64,000 nt of DNA, taken from the IMG/VR virus record IMGVR_UViG_3300043436_004687, positions 62,001 to 126,000 of that record; one strand, 5' to 3'. Both the position numbers and the translations under genes were made by a program. Below the pieces are notes generated by a model. It did no database searches, was not told where the DNA came from, and was given only the letters and a program-made list of their open reading frames with translations. Below, piece after piece: positions 47,983-57,897 of the stretch; positions within the stretch are counted from its first letter, which is position 1, and the number at the start of each line of letters is the position of its first letter.

Positions 47983-49347
47983 TTAGTAACCTTGAACACT
48001 TTTAGGTCTGTTTTTATTATTTGCTATAGTTAATCCTCTAGCTGCTTCATGGTCTGTTGAATTTTTAGTTTTAGACCAATCTTTTATTTCTTTTTGTTTA
48101 GCAGCATATTCAGCATCTAAATCTTCGTTTACATTATTTTCAATTATATTAGTAATCATTTGAGTTAATTCAACAGCTAATTTAGGGTTTTGTAATTCAG
48201 TTGAATTTATAAATTCTTGAGGAGATTTATCATATCTTAACATAGTACCTCGATAATAACTATAACTACCTTTATTATTTTCAACTTCATCAACTACCTT
48301 ATAAATGCCTAATGATTTATTAGATGGGTAATAATAAAACATAAAATCACCTTTTTTAACTTGTGGAAAATGATGTTCATATTGATAGGTATTATCTTTA
48401 ATTTTAACTTTCCCAAAATCATCTTTACCTTTAATTTTAAAGACAAAATTAGTATTACCAAATTTCATTTCCTGACCTTCCTTAATTATGGCCTTAGCTT
48501 TATCCCAAACCTTCGTAAAATTAGTTTCCTCAGCCAATCTTTCAGCGCTATTTAACCTACCAGAAGTATCACTTGATTTAAACCCCATAAGATGTTTAAT
48601 CTTATCCATTGATTCATTTACAAGTTTTTTGTTTTCAGCTTTAAGAACAATAGCTTGACCTTCATTTACAGTCCCTTCCCATCTAATTCTATAAGTTTCA
48701 TTAATGTCAGCCATTTCAAAGACCTTTTTATCAACTTTATATGTTTCTGGAATAAGATTGATGGCATTTTCTAAACCATTGAATTCTTTTTTATAATTCA
48801 GTCTTTTAATACCCTCAAGAGCAACTTTTCTTTTATTAGCAATCTTTTTAGTATCTTTAGGTAAAACTTCAACATCATCACCAAATTGAACTATTGGGGT
48901 GATTGAATCATTTCTCTTTTTTGTAGATTTTTTTATTGTTTTAACCAAATTTTTAGCAAAATCTTTAGTTGATCCACCAAAAGTTGGTTCTGAATTATCT
49001 TTATTACCCATTTTACTATCCCCAACTATAGCCATTTCAGCTCTTTCTTTGAATTTTTCATCTGGTTCATTATCATATCTTGTCATTTCAAGACCATTTC
49101 TAATTTCAACCTCATCGTGAATTTCTTTATCTGATTCACTATAATTATATTTTACTGGTTCAATAGCATTCTTATCTTCTTTTTTAGAAGATTTATCATA
49201 CTCACCCATTTTTTTATCAACTTCTTTGTAATAATCTTTATTGATATTATCCTCTTCTTTTTGAGTTTTCTCAGTAGAGACTAAACCTTTTGGTTTTTCT
49301 TCTGAAATTAAATTTGTTAATTTCAATTTAATTAAATCTTTATTCAT
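47983..49347 (-). CDS. probable virion/internal head protein
   Basis: Multiple (I/L/V)xE motifs; domain duplicated in the downstream gene. Confidence 0.55.
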   Translation of the reverse strand: MNKDLIKLKLTNLISEEKPKGLVSTEKTQKEEDNINKDYYKEVDKKMGEYDKSSKKEDKNAIEPVKYNYSESDKEIHDEVEIRNGLEMTRYDNEPDEKFKERAEMAIVGDSKMGNKDNSEPTFGGSTKDFAKNLVKTIKKSTKKRNDSITPIVQFGDDVEVLPKDTKKIANKRKVALEGIKRLNYKKEFNGLENAINLIPETYKVDKKVFEMADINETYRIRWEGTVNEGQAIVLKAENKKLVNESMDKIKHLMGFKSSDTSGRLNSAERLAEETNFTKVWDKAKAIIKEGQEMKFGNTNFVFKIKGKDDFGKVKIKDNTYQYEHHFPQVKKGDFMFYYYPSNKSLGIYKVVDEVENNKGSYSYYRGTMLRYDKSPQEFINSTELQNPKLAVELTQMITNIIENNVNEDLDAEYAAKQKEIKDWSKTKNSTDHEAARGLTIANNKNRPKSVQGY

Positions 49348-50384
49348 TATAGTTTATTTGAATTTCTTTCTATTATAGTTTTAACCTCTTCAATAGTTTT
49401 ACCAGTCTTATTAGCAACTTCTAAATATAAATTTTCTTTAAGTTTAACGACATTATCAACAGCACCTTGACTACATTTACCTTCTTGAGCCTCTTTGTTG
49501 TTGTTTAATTTTGTACAATCATCGAATTCAACACCAATAAGATTATCTTCCAAGCCTTCCTTCACAACAGATTCAGTAGAAGTAGAACCAAATGCCATTT
49601 CTTTTAACTTTGTAACTCTAGCTGAAGCATCGTATTTTTTATTTATGGCTCTAGCAATATTATTAGCTTCAACATATGCTTGTTTTTCATCACTTGCATG
49701 CACATACATATCCATTTCTACAACAAATCTACTTAAAGATAATTTATCTAACTCGGTAATATTATTTTTAAGGATTTTACCCTTTTCAAATGCTGGTTTT
49801 TTACTAAACCTAGCATTGTTCTTATCTTTAGCTAAAAATGCTGGTTGTTCATAAGAACCACCCACAGAAGCTGTCGTTGTTTCTTCGGCTAAATCATTTT
49901 CCACCACATCTGGAGTTGGTTCATCTTTTGTTATGACTTTACCACCATTTTTCATATCATAACGTTTTTCAACCAATATATTGTAAAGTCTTTTTAAACC
50001 ACCATTTCTTAATTTAAGGAAAAACTCTTTTTTAGGGGCTAATTTTATTACAGCATCTGCACCTAAACCAGTAGCAGTAATTAAACCCATACTAGAAAAT
50101 AATGTTATAATATCACCCCAAGTAACACCCAACTTAACCCAAAATGGATCTAAACCTTTTTGAGATGGGTTAGTCATTATATGTTTTACTAATTCTTTAA
50201 AATGAGTTAAAAATTCAGCAGTTGATATTAAAGTATCCACATCCTCACTAATACCCTCATTGATTGGTTTAAAAAGTCTATTATATTGCTCCTCCGAAAT
50301 TTTAATAACTTTGTTAGGTTTTATTGCATCGTGTTTTCTCAACATTTCAACCTGAGTTTCAGTTAATTTTATTCTTTTACTCAT
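49347..50384 (-). CDS. probable virion/internal head protein
   Basis: TATTTATA motif upstream; many (I/L)xE segments (KLTE, LAEE, VKE). Confidence 0.5.
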   Translation of the reverse strand: MSKRIKLTETQVEMLRKHDAIKPNKVIKISEEQYNRLFKPINEGISEDVDTLISTAEFLTHFKELVKHIMTNPSQKGLDPFWVKLGVTWGDIITLFSSMGLITATGLGADAVIKLAPKKEFFLKLRNGGLKRLYNILVEKRYDMKNGGKVITKDEPTPDVVENDLAEETTTASVGGSYEQPAFLAKDKNNARFSKKPAFEKGKILKNNITELDKLSLSRFVVEMDMYVHASDEKQAYVEANNIARAINKKYDASARVTKLKEMAFGSTSTESVVKEGLEDNLIGVEFDDCTKLNNNKEAQEGKCSQGAVDNVVKLKENLYLEVANKTGKTIEEVKTIIERNSNKL

Positions 50385-50421
50385 TTAAATTATTTTATAT
50401 CTATAAATATAAAAATATAAC

Positions 50422-50447
50422 AAAAAATCCGCTATTTAGCGGATTTT
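50422..50447 (-). terminator. terminator-like hairpin
   Basis: AAAATCCGCTA/TAGCGGATTTT followed by a T-run. Confidence 0.7.
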
Positions 50448-50467
50448 AAATATTACATCATATTTTA

Positions 50468-51265
50468 TTAAAAATTGAATAGAGAATAGTTAAAACCTAC
50501 TCCAAATTGTGGGGCTAATAATACGGTACTATTATTTATATTTAAACCATAACCACCATAAAAACCAAAACCAAACCTTTTTTGTTTACTTGATTTACTA
50601 AATTTTTTTAATATTGGATTTTTATCTGGACTTATAACCATAGAATTTAAATCATTTACTTCAAATCCAGGATGGTCTGACCTAACGAACATTTCAACCT
50701 CACCATTTTTATTTTCCCTTAAACCTTGTATTATATTAAACCCTAAATCAAATTTGGTTATTTCTGTTGATAGTGGAATTATTTCATATGTTAAATTAGA
50801 AAAATTTATTTTAAATTTACTAACGCCCTCAACTTTTCTATAATTTTTATTATTAAAAATAGTGTCATACTTCCAAGCCAAACCCCTATCACCATTAGGG
50901 TAAGTAATTAACTCACTAGGTATCTTTATAGTATCATTAGGTTTAGATTTTATTGATGCTATTAAAGATGATAATTCACTAACTTTCCCCTTCTCTTTTT
51001 TAAATTCATCATATAGTTCTTTATTTAACTTTTCCAATGTGTTTTTATCAGCAATTAAAATATTTTTAGAAAACTCCAAATCACCAACCTTATTTTTACT
51101 TACCCTAACACTATCATTCAAAGCGCTTTGATTTTGCTTATAAATTTCTAAATCAACATTCTTATTTGAATTCAACTTATATAAAACCCCAACAATAATT
51201 AATAATAGGATAATCACACCTATTAATATATTTCTAAATTTATTTTCATTCATATTTTTATACAT
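50468..51265 (-). CDS. membrane-anchored coiled-coil protein (possible spanin-like lysis protein)
   Basis: N-terminal TM helix, coiled coil, C-terminal G.G..GGYG...G.G.NY strand. Confidence 0.45.
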   Translation of the reverse strand: MYKNMNENKFRNILIGVIILLLIIVGVLYKLNSNKNVDLEIYKQNQSALNDSVRVSKNKVGDLEFSKNILIADKNTLEKLNKELYDEFKKEKGKVSELSSLIASIKSKPNDTIKIPSELITYPNGDRGLAWKYDTIFNNKNYRKVEGVSKFKINFSNLTYEIIPLSTEITKFDLGFNIIQGLRENKNGEVEMFVRSDHPGFEVNDLNSMVISPDKNPILKKFSKSSKQKRFGFGFYGGYGLNINNSTVLLAPQFGVGFNYSLFNF

Positions 51266-51692
51266 TTGAATTTGAGTTAGATTTATATTCAGTAGCTAAT
51301 TTGTTTGACCACTCACTAGCCCAATTATCATAATAACCTTTTAGTTTTTGGATTCTATTTACAACATCATCCGAAACTTGCATATTATTTGAAGTGATAT
51401 AAAGACCATCGGTTTCTTCTAAAGAAAATTGCCACTCCATATTGTCCATATCTTGAAATTTACCCCCAAACACAACATTACCAGCTTGTGGATAAATATT
51501 AAAAGAAGTAAATTCGACTCTTGAGGTGATCACATCTCTAAATTTAGATTGTTCCTGGTTTAACTCTTCACCAGATAGTTGAATACTATCTTGCTCATTG
51601 TTTGAATTTTCTTTTAACAACTTTTTGCCATTACTTTGAACTTCTCTAATTGTCTTTAGCATGTTCTTAGTTATTTCATATTGATTTTCCAT
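51258..51692 (-). CDS. hypothetical protein
   Basis: 144-aa ORF. Confidence 0.7.
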   Translation of the reverse strand: MENQYEITKNMLKTIREVQSNGKKLLKENSNNEQDSIQLSGEELNQEQSKFRDVITSRVEFTSFNIYPQAGNVVFGGKFQDMDNMEWQFSLEETDGLYITSNNMQVSDDVVNRIQKLKGYYDNWASEWSNKLATEYKSNSNSNV

Positions 51693-51693
51693 A

Positions 51694-52185
51694 TTAATTT
51701 TCTATTTTTTGTTTAAATGATTCTATATCAAAGGCTGGTGAAACATCATAATAAAATTTACTATAATTACTTCTAAAAGCTATCCCCTCAAACTCATTAA
51801 TATTTACAATATATGTATTATTTGAGACAACATATGGTGGGATTTTATTTTCAACACAAATCTTTTTACATAATTTAATTAAATTATTTATTTGTTTTTT
51901 TGTATATGGTTCCCAAAATTCCCTACCCCTCCATTTTTTTTTAATTACCTTACCCTTATAAATAGTTCCAATATAATTAATGTATTCATTTTTATGGTTA
52001 GAAAGAAAACCTTGATTTTCTAAAGCTATTGAAATTGATAAAGAATCATAATCACCAATCTTTATAAACTTATTGTTTTTAAAATTTTCAATCACATCAC
52101 CATTTTTTAAAATAACAAATGATGAATTAAATTCATCATTTATATTTAATAGATTACCTATTACTATTTGTTTTTTACCCCCCAT
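51694..52185 (-). CDS. N-acetylmuramoyl-L-alanine amidase-like protein, apparently degenerate
   Basis: FVI..NG.V, SISIALEN.G, YT..Q...L..L, DVSP; the expected Zn-binding His residues are not seen. Confidence 0.6.
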   Translation of the reverse strand: MGGKKQIVIGNLLNINDEFNSSFVILKNGDVIENFKNNKFIKIGDYDSLSISIALENQGFLSNHKNEYINYIGTIYKGKVIKKKWRGREFWEPYTKKQINNLIKLCKKICVENKIPPYVVSNNTYIVNINEFEGIAFRSNYSKFYYDVSPAFDIESFKQKIEN

Positions 52186-53192
52186 TATATTTTAGTAATA
52201 CTATTATTATCTCTTTTAGGTACTCTAGTGTAACCATTTTTAGCACTTGGTATTTCAACTGAAAAACCTCTTTCACGTTCCTTTACCTTTTCAATATCAA
52301 CTCTTTCTTTTTCGATGGTATTTTGTTGTGTTTGAATAACATTGGTTTTATCATTTTGAATCGTTTGTTCTTCAATTACTTCTTTCTCATCAGTTTTAGG
52401 GTATTCCTTTATTTCAGAATCTAAACTTTCATTAAATTCTTTTTTCTTTTTTTCTTTTTCAAAAACCCATGTGGTTGCAATAATAAGGGCAATTGCTAAT
52501 GGATCAAAAACAAATATTAAAAGCAATATAAAATAATTCACAACAACATCCATTGGTTTACCCGTTAATTTAGATAAATATTTTAATGGACCCACCTCAC
52601 CAGCTACTTTGGAATTTATGGTTGATTCTGATTTAATTGAATTATATTTACCGATGGAATCTATCAATTTACTATTTTCAACATTTAAAAAATCAATATT
52701 AGAGTTAACTTCTTTAATTTCATTTCTGTTACCCCTATTTGATTTACCAGTTGAAATATCTTGGTTATTTAATTGATCAACTCTTTTATTTCTCGTCTCA
52801 ATTAAAAGCTTATTAGAATTTAATTTATTTTGAAATTGATTAATCTTACTATCTAAAATATTTATTTTACTATCATATAATTCTAAATTTGAAGCTGTTT
52901 TTTGATAAGCCGAAGATAAAAACCCATAAATACCAGCAGATGTTATAGAAACTAAAATAATAACACCAACAGTCAGATAAATCCTTAATGTTTTAGATAT
53001 GTCACCCCAATATTTATGTAGAAAACTAGCGGTTATTACTTTACTCAATTCTAAAGCAGATGCCATAATTATTACTGAAATATTCGCACCAGCAAATAAC
53101 ATAGATAAACCTATAACCGAAAAAAAACCAGAGCAAATCGCTAATATAATTGATGAAAACCCCAATAAATGACCAAAATGAATTTTAAACAT
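52185..53192 (-). CDS. multi-pass membrane protein with coiled coil
   Basis: Three N-terminal TM helices, coiled coil, IFVFDPLAI TM helix. Confidence 0.7.
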   Translation of the reverse strand: MFKIHFGHLLGFSSIILAICSGFFSVIGLSMLFAGANISVIIMASALELSKVITASFLHKYWGDISKTLRIYLTVGVIILVSITSAGIYGFLSSAYQKTASNLELYDSKINILDSKINQFQNKLNSNKLLIETRNKRVDQLNNQDISTGKSNRGNRNEIKEVNSNIDFLNVENSKLIDSIGKYNSIKSESTINSKVAGEVGPLKYLSKLTGKPMDVVVNYFILLLIFVFDPLAIALIIATTWVFEKEKKKKEFNESLDSEIKEYPKTDEKEVIEEQTIQNDKTNVIQTQQNTIEKERVDIEKVKERERGFSVEIPSAKNGYTRVPKRDNNSITKI

Positions 53193-53194
53193 TA

Positions 53195-54025
53195 TTAATT
53201 ATTTTTAAGAAAATTATATAATTCACTAGAATTTAATCGTAATTTTTTTATAGTTGAAGCATTAATTTGTCTAACCCTCTCCTTTGAGAGATTAAACTTT
53301 TCACCAATATCTTCTAAATCCATTGTTTCTGGGTAAGAATTTAAACCATAGTACATTTCAATCATATCTCTCTCCCTAGGTTGTAATAAACTTAATGTTT
53401 TTTCCAACACTTTAGCTAATTTTGTATTATCTATTTTAGATAAATCTTCTTCAATACTACTATCTAATAAATATTCTAAAGCCTCATCATTATCTTCACC
53501 AATAAAATTATTTATTGAAGTACAAATTGGTAGAACTAATTCTTCATATTCTTCACCGTCAATCATTTCACCATTTATTGGATATCTTTTATTGATGGAT
53601 TCAAATCTTTCAATTCTTTTTTTATTAAGCGTTTCTTTTATTATAACATTTACTGGTAATCTAATGGTCCTAGCGTTAAAATTAAGACTTTCTATTATAG
53701 ATTGTCTAATCCAATAAACTGCATATGATATAAATTTAAATCCTTTAGTGTAATCAAATTTTTTAGCAGCTTTGATTAAACCATAATTACCTTCACTAAT
53801 TAAATCACTAAATAACAAACCTTGACCTTGATAATCCTTAGCTATTGAAACTACAAATTTTAAATTAGCTGACACTAAGGCATCGACTGCTTTAGGATCA
53901 CCATTTTGTATTCTTTTTGCTAATTCAACCTCTTCTTCTGGGGTTAAAGATTTAGTTTTTTTAATTTCTTTGAAATAATTATTTATGGTATCTTCTGAAC
54001 TAATGGTTGCATAATTACTTTTCAT
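53195..54025 (-). CDS. RNA polymerase sigma70-family factor (no region 1.1)
   Basis: ANLKFVVSIAK.Y, DLI.EGN.GL..A..KFD...GF.F.SYAV.WIRQ, region 4 LS.ERVRQI. Confidence 0.92.
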   Translation of the reverse strand: MKSNYATISSEDTINNYFKEIKKTKSLTPEEEVELAKRIQNGDPKAVDALVSANLKFVVSIAKDYQGQGLLFSDLISEGNYGLIKAAKKFDYTKGFKFISYAVYWIRQSIIESLNFNARTIRLPVNVIIKETLNKKRIERFESINKRYPINGEMIDGEEYEELVLPICTSINNFIGEDNDEALEYLLDSSIEEDLSKIDNTKLAKVLEKTLSLLQPRERDMIEMYYGLNSYPETMDLEDIGEKFNLSKERVRQINASTIKKLRLNSSELYNFLKNN

Positions 54026-54538
54026 TTATTTGTTAATATTTCCTACTTTGTTATTGTTAAAGAGCGCATTTAATATGTTTTTTTCCTCTTCATTTATATT
54101 TTCTAACCCCTTATCTAATATTTCATCAATAAGTTTTATTTTTTCTTCTTGTGAATAAACTATGGGTTCTTGTTTAAGTATTTTAATGTCAACATCAATA
54201 TACTTAACCTTAGTTTTAGGTTGCACTAAAATTTCAACCTTATTTTTATTTTGTTTGACACAAAACTTATCGAATAAATGCCCTTTAATCCTATCTGGTA
54301 AATTATAAATTAAATTTTTTTCTTCATTTATAAACAAAAAGAAAACTAAACCATCGTGTTCACTTAATAAATTTTCAATTTCACCTAATTCAAAAGCGGA
54401 TGTAAATGTTATAAAAAAATTATTTTTTATGTAAGCATAACTTGGAGCTTCATTGGAAATTGATTTTATTTCTTCTTTGAGAATTTTGCTTAATTTTTCG
54501 TCAATAAAAGCAATCAAACAATATTTTTTTATTTGCAT
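54026..54538 (-). CDS. hypothetical protein
   Basis: 170-aa ORF ending IDEILDKG. Confidence 0.7.
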   Translation of the reverse strand: MQIKKYCLIAFIDEKLSKILKEEIKSISNEAPSYAYIKNNFFITFTSAFELGEIENLLSEHDGLVFFLFINEEKNLIYNLPDRIKGHLFDKFCVKQNKNKVEILVQPKTKVKYIDVDIKILKQEPIVYSQEEKIKLIDEILDKGLENINEEEKNILNALFNNNKVGNINK

Positions 54539-54589
54539 AGTTAATATTTAATTAAGGCAAATATAGTAATAAGATCAATACTTTACAAC

Positions 54590-56833
54590 CTATTTGAGCA
54601 TTAATTTTGAGATGTGATTTATCTTATTGATTGTTATTAAGTTATCAGCCCAATTTTTAACCTCTTCTTTGTGGGTTATAAAGAAAACAATATCAAACAT
54701 GGCCTTTATTTTCTCAAACATAGGTTTAATCAATGGTATATTTTCTTCAGCAACCGTACCACTAATAACCTCATCAAATGTTATAAAATTAGGCATTGGT
54801 AGATGTGATAATTTACCCAAAACGCATCTTAATGCAATACTAGAAACGGTCTTCTCAAAACCACTACCAGATTTTAAAGGTTGTTCAATACCATCTTTAC
54901 TGATTAAATACTCCACTTCATTTTTTGAATTAATGATAAGCTCCAATTCAAAATCACAAACATCATCCATAAGTCTAACTAATTCTGAATTTATAATAGG
55001 TAAAACAGACCTTAAAACAAGTTTACTAATACCTTTTTTCCCCATCATTTCAATATAAACTTTAAAAATCTTCTCTAATTCTTCTTCAACTTTAATTTTT
55101 TTAAGTATTAATTCATTATTTAAAATAGATTTATCTTTATCCTCTAATAACAATTCCGTTGTAGTAATGAATCGATTAGAATCATCCCTTTCTTTTTCTT
55201 TGACTAGAATATCGGTTTTTACTAAAGAAACTTCGACATCGACATTACTATTAAATGTGATTGAATTCTTATTTTGTTCATATTTTTTTAAATCACTATT
55301 TTTAGATTTTATTTTTTCCCTAAGTCCATTTAATTCAACTTCTAACCTTTCTTTTTTCAATTCAAAGTTATTCTTTTTATCAACTTTAACTTTGGTTTCA
55401 TTTAAAACATCGATCTTACCTTTTAAATCTATAATAATTTTATTAATTTTCGACAATTCTTTGTGTTTATCATCTAATAAACCATTATTTTTTTTAATAT
55501 CTTCTGAGTGATCTACATTATCTAAAGGTTTTGAACATGTTGGGCAGAACTCACCATTGACAAGTTGATCAACCAACTCATTTAATTTTAATATTTCAGA
55601 ATCTAAAATTATTTTCTTAGAATTTTGCTCATTTAATGTTTTATTTAAATTTTGATATTCATTTTCATTATACTCTACATTACCTATAAGTTGTATTTCT
55701 TTAACTAAATCATCTATCTGTTGTTTAACAGATTTCCCAGTTATTGTTATTTTATCAACATCATCTTTTAAAGTTAGTGGATTTAACTGAGTAATAACAA
55801 CATCAATAGTGTGTTTAGAAGATAATAATTCATCTTTTTTATTATTTAAATTTACTAACTCATTATTAATTAATAATAAATTATTTTTTTCATTTTTTAA
55901 TAATTCTTTATTTGTATTGATGTCTTCTTTAGCTGTTGAAATTTCTTCCAGTAAAGTTGTTTCATTATATATGTTAGTTTGTTTAGTTTTAGAAAAGGAA
56001 TTATACATTTCTCTAACAGCCTTTTCTTTTAAGTCTAAAATTTCTAAACCAATAAACCTGGTTAATAACTTACCACTTTCAGTTGGTGAACTATCAATTA
56101 AATCTTCTAGATTTTTAGCGGTTGCTAATATAGTTATGTCAAAATCTTTTTCATTACCAACTATCTTTTCTATTTCTAATGAGGTTTTTTTAGCATCCTC
56201 ATCATTCATTAAGATTTCTTCACCATCTGGAAGAATTTCAAAATAGTTAACATTATTTTTTATATTAAAGCCACCCTCCCTTTTAGAACTTCTAGTCATC
56301 TTTCTTTCGATAATAATTTCTTTATTATCGAATCCTACCATACCTCTAACACTCAATTCATTTTTATCCGAAAATAAGTTAAATATTTGCTCGTTTTTAT
56401 CTGTTTTTGTTGTTTTACCAAAAAATAAAAATTTAACAGAATCAACTGAAAATGTTGTATTATGTGAAACTATACCATTTGAATAATATTGGTGGACATC
56501 ATCTACTTGAATATCGAATAAATCATTTTTTTCAGGTAGAATTTTAATATTTTCTACTTCACTTAATCCATCTATGGTTTCTATTAAATCACCAATTTTA
56601 ATTTCATTTAAATTAATGAAATCACCATTATTATTTTTTAATTTATGTAAATCAGCACCTTCAACATACATACCATTTTTTAAATCACATCTATAAACCT
56701 CGGCATTTTTTTCAGTTATACCACACCAACTAATATTATGGTAACCATAAGGATTTTTAACTTTAAACCCCAAATCACCATACTTTTCATATATTTTATT
56801 TAAATCACCAATTTTAATTTCTTTATTCATCAT
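54590..56833 (-). CDS. sbcC: split intein C-part (aa 1-125) fused to the C-extein of an SbcC/gp46-like ATPase
   Basis: Block B GADLH, blocks F/G DLFDIQV..YYSNGIVSHN|T; then coiled coil, CPTC hook, SGSGFE signature, FDE Walker B, ITH. Confidence 0.92.
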   Translation of the reverse strand: MMNKEIKIGDLNKIYEKYGDLGFKVKNPYGYHNISWCGITEKNAEVYRCDLKNGMYVEGADLHKLKNNNGDFINLNEIKIGDLIETIDGLSEVENIKILPEKNDLFDIQVDDVHQYYSNGIVSHNTTFSVDSVKFLFFGKTTKTDKNEQIFNLFSDKNELSVRGMVGFDNKEIIIERKMTRSSKREGGFNIKNNVNYFEILPDGEEILMNDEDAKKTSLEIEKIVGNEKDFDITILATAKNLEDLIDSSPTESGKLLTRFIGLEILDLKEKAVREMYNSFSKTKQTNIYNETTLLEEISTAKEDINTNKELLKNEKNNLLLINNELVNLNNKKDELLSSKHTIDVVITQLNPLTLKDDVDKITITGKSVKQQIDDLVKEIQLIGNVEYNENEYQNLNKTLNEQNSKKIILDSEILKLNELVDQLVNGEFCPTCSKPLDNVDHSEDIKKNNGLLDDKHKELSKINKIIIDLKGKIDVLNETKVKVDKKNNFELKKERLEVELNGLREKIKSKNSDLKKYEQNKNSITFNSNVDVEVSLVKTDILVKEKERDDSNRFITTTELLLEDKDKSILNNELILKKIKVEEELEKIFKVYIEMMGKKGISKLVLRSVLPIINSELVRLMDDVCDFELELIINSKNEVEYLISKDGIEQPLKSGSGFEKTVSSIALRCVLGKLSHLPMPNFITFDEVISGTVAEENIPLIKPMFEKIKAMFDIVFFITHKEEVKNWADNLITINKINHISKLMLK

Positions 56834-57839
56834 TATTTTTTAAAAAATTAATACATTTATTTAATTCTACTTCTGGATTACTTCTATATTCCGAATCCCA
56901 TATTATTAAAACCTCAAAACCTTCTTTTTTAGCTAAGTTTATTTTTTTTTCATCTCTATCCCAAATCTCTTTAGCGGTTAATTTTTTATTAAATGGGTTT
57001 GGGAAACTGTCTGCATTATAAAGTTTAGGATTCCCATGAAATAAATCGCCATTATATTCAATAATTTTTTTATTTTTTAAATCAGTAAAATCATATCTAA
57101 AAAAACTTCTTTTATCTTTTATCATTAACTCACCACCCATTTCACTAAATTTAATATAATTTAAATCGCTCAAATTATAAATTTTAATTAATTCTCTAAA
57201 CATTTTTTGAGATATTTCAGAACAACCTACTTTTAATTTGCCATTTCTAAATAAACTTTCTTGCCATTTAATTTGTCTTTCATTCCAAACTTTTAAACCC
57301 TCTTCTTCCCCATACTTTTCTATGCATTTTGATAAATTAAATGTAGTTTGTCTTTCAGATTGTTTTATTTTAGCTTCTTCTTTATTAAACCCTTTTTTTA
57401 ACCAAAATTCGATATTAGCACTACCCATTTTACCACAAGTACTTCTTAACTTTTCCCTACTATTCCATTTTAACAATCCTTCTTTTTCACCAAATCTAGC
57501 AATACAGCCTTTTAAAGAGCACATTTTTTGGCCGTCTGTTTGATCTTTAGCTTCCTTATCAGAATAACCTCTACTAGTCCAATATTCAATATTCGTTGGT
57601 TGTAACGTCTTAACATGTTTTATTGCCTCTTCTTCATTTAAACCTCTTTGTATCCAATATTTTATAGAATAAGCCGACCCTTTTGCAATTGAAACCCCAC
57701 TATTTTTTAATCTATTAGTAATTACCTCTGGATCAACATTAAACTTATCTGCAATAAATCTTGTTGATTTTAACTCAATTAAATATAAATTAACCATTTC
57801 ATTTAATTGTTCTTCTGTAAATTTAATTTTATTCGCCAT
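56823..57839 (-). CDS. free-standing Vsr-like/PD-(D/E)XK homing endonuclease with internal repeats
   Basis: C-terminal IIEYNGDLFHGNP..W.RD..K...LIIWDSE; three YW..RG-type repeats. Confidence 0.8.
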   Translation of the reverse strand: MANKIKFTEEQLNEMVNLYLIELKSTRFIADKFNVDPEVITNRLKNSGVSIAKGSAYSIKYWIQRGLNEEEAIKHVKTLQPTNIEYWTSRGYSDKEAKDQTDGQKMCSLKGCIARFGEKEGLLKWNSREKLRSTCGKMGSANIEFWLKKGFNKEEAKIKQSERQTTFNLSKCIEKYGEEEGLKVWNERQIKWQESLFRNGKLKVGCSEISQKMFRELIKIYNLSDLNYIKFSEMGGELMIKDKRSFFRYDFTDLKNKKIIEYNGDLFHGNPKLYNADSFPNPFNKKLTAKEIWDRDEKKINLAKKEGFEVLIIWDSEYRSNPEVELNKCINFLKNNDE

Positions 57840-57897
57840 TATATCTATTTTAAAATAAATATAACCGACTAATTAAAAAGGCAAATAGATTTAAATT

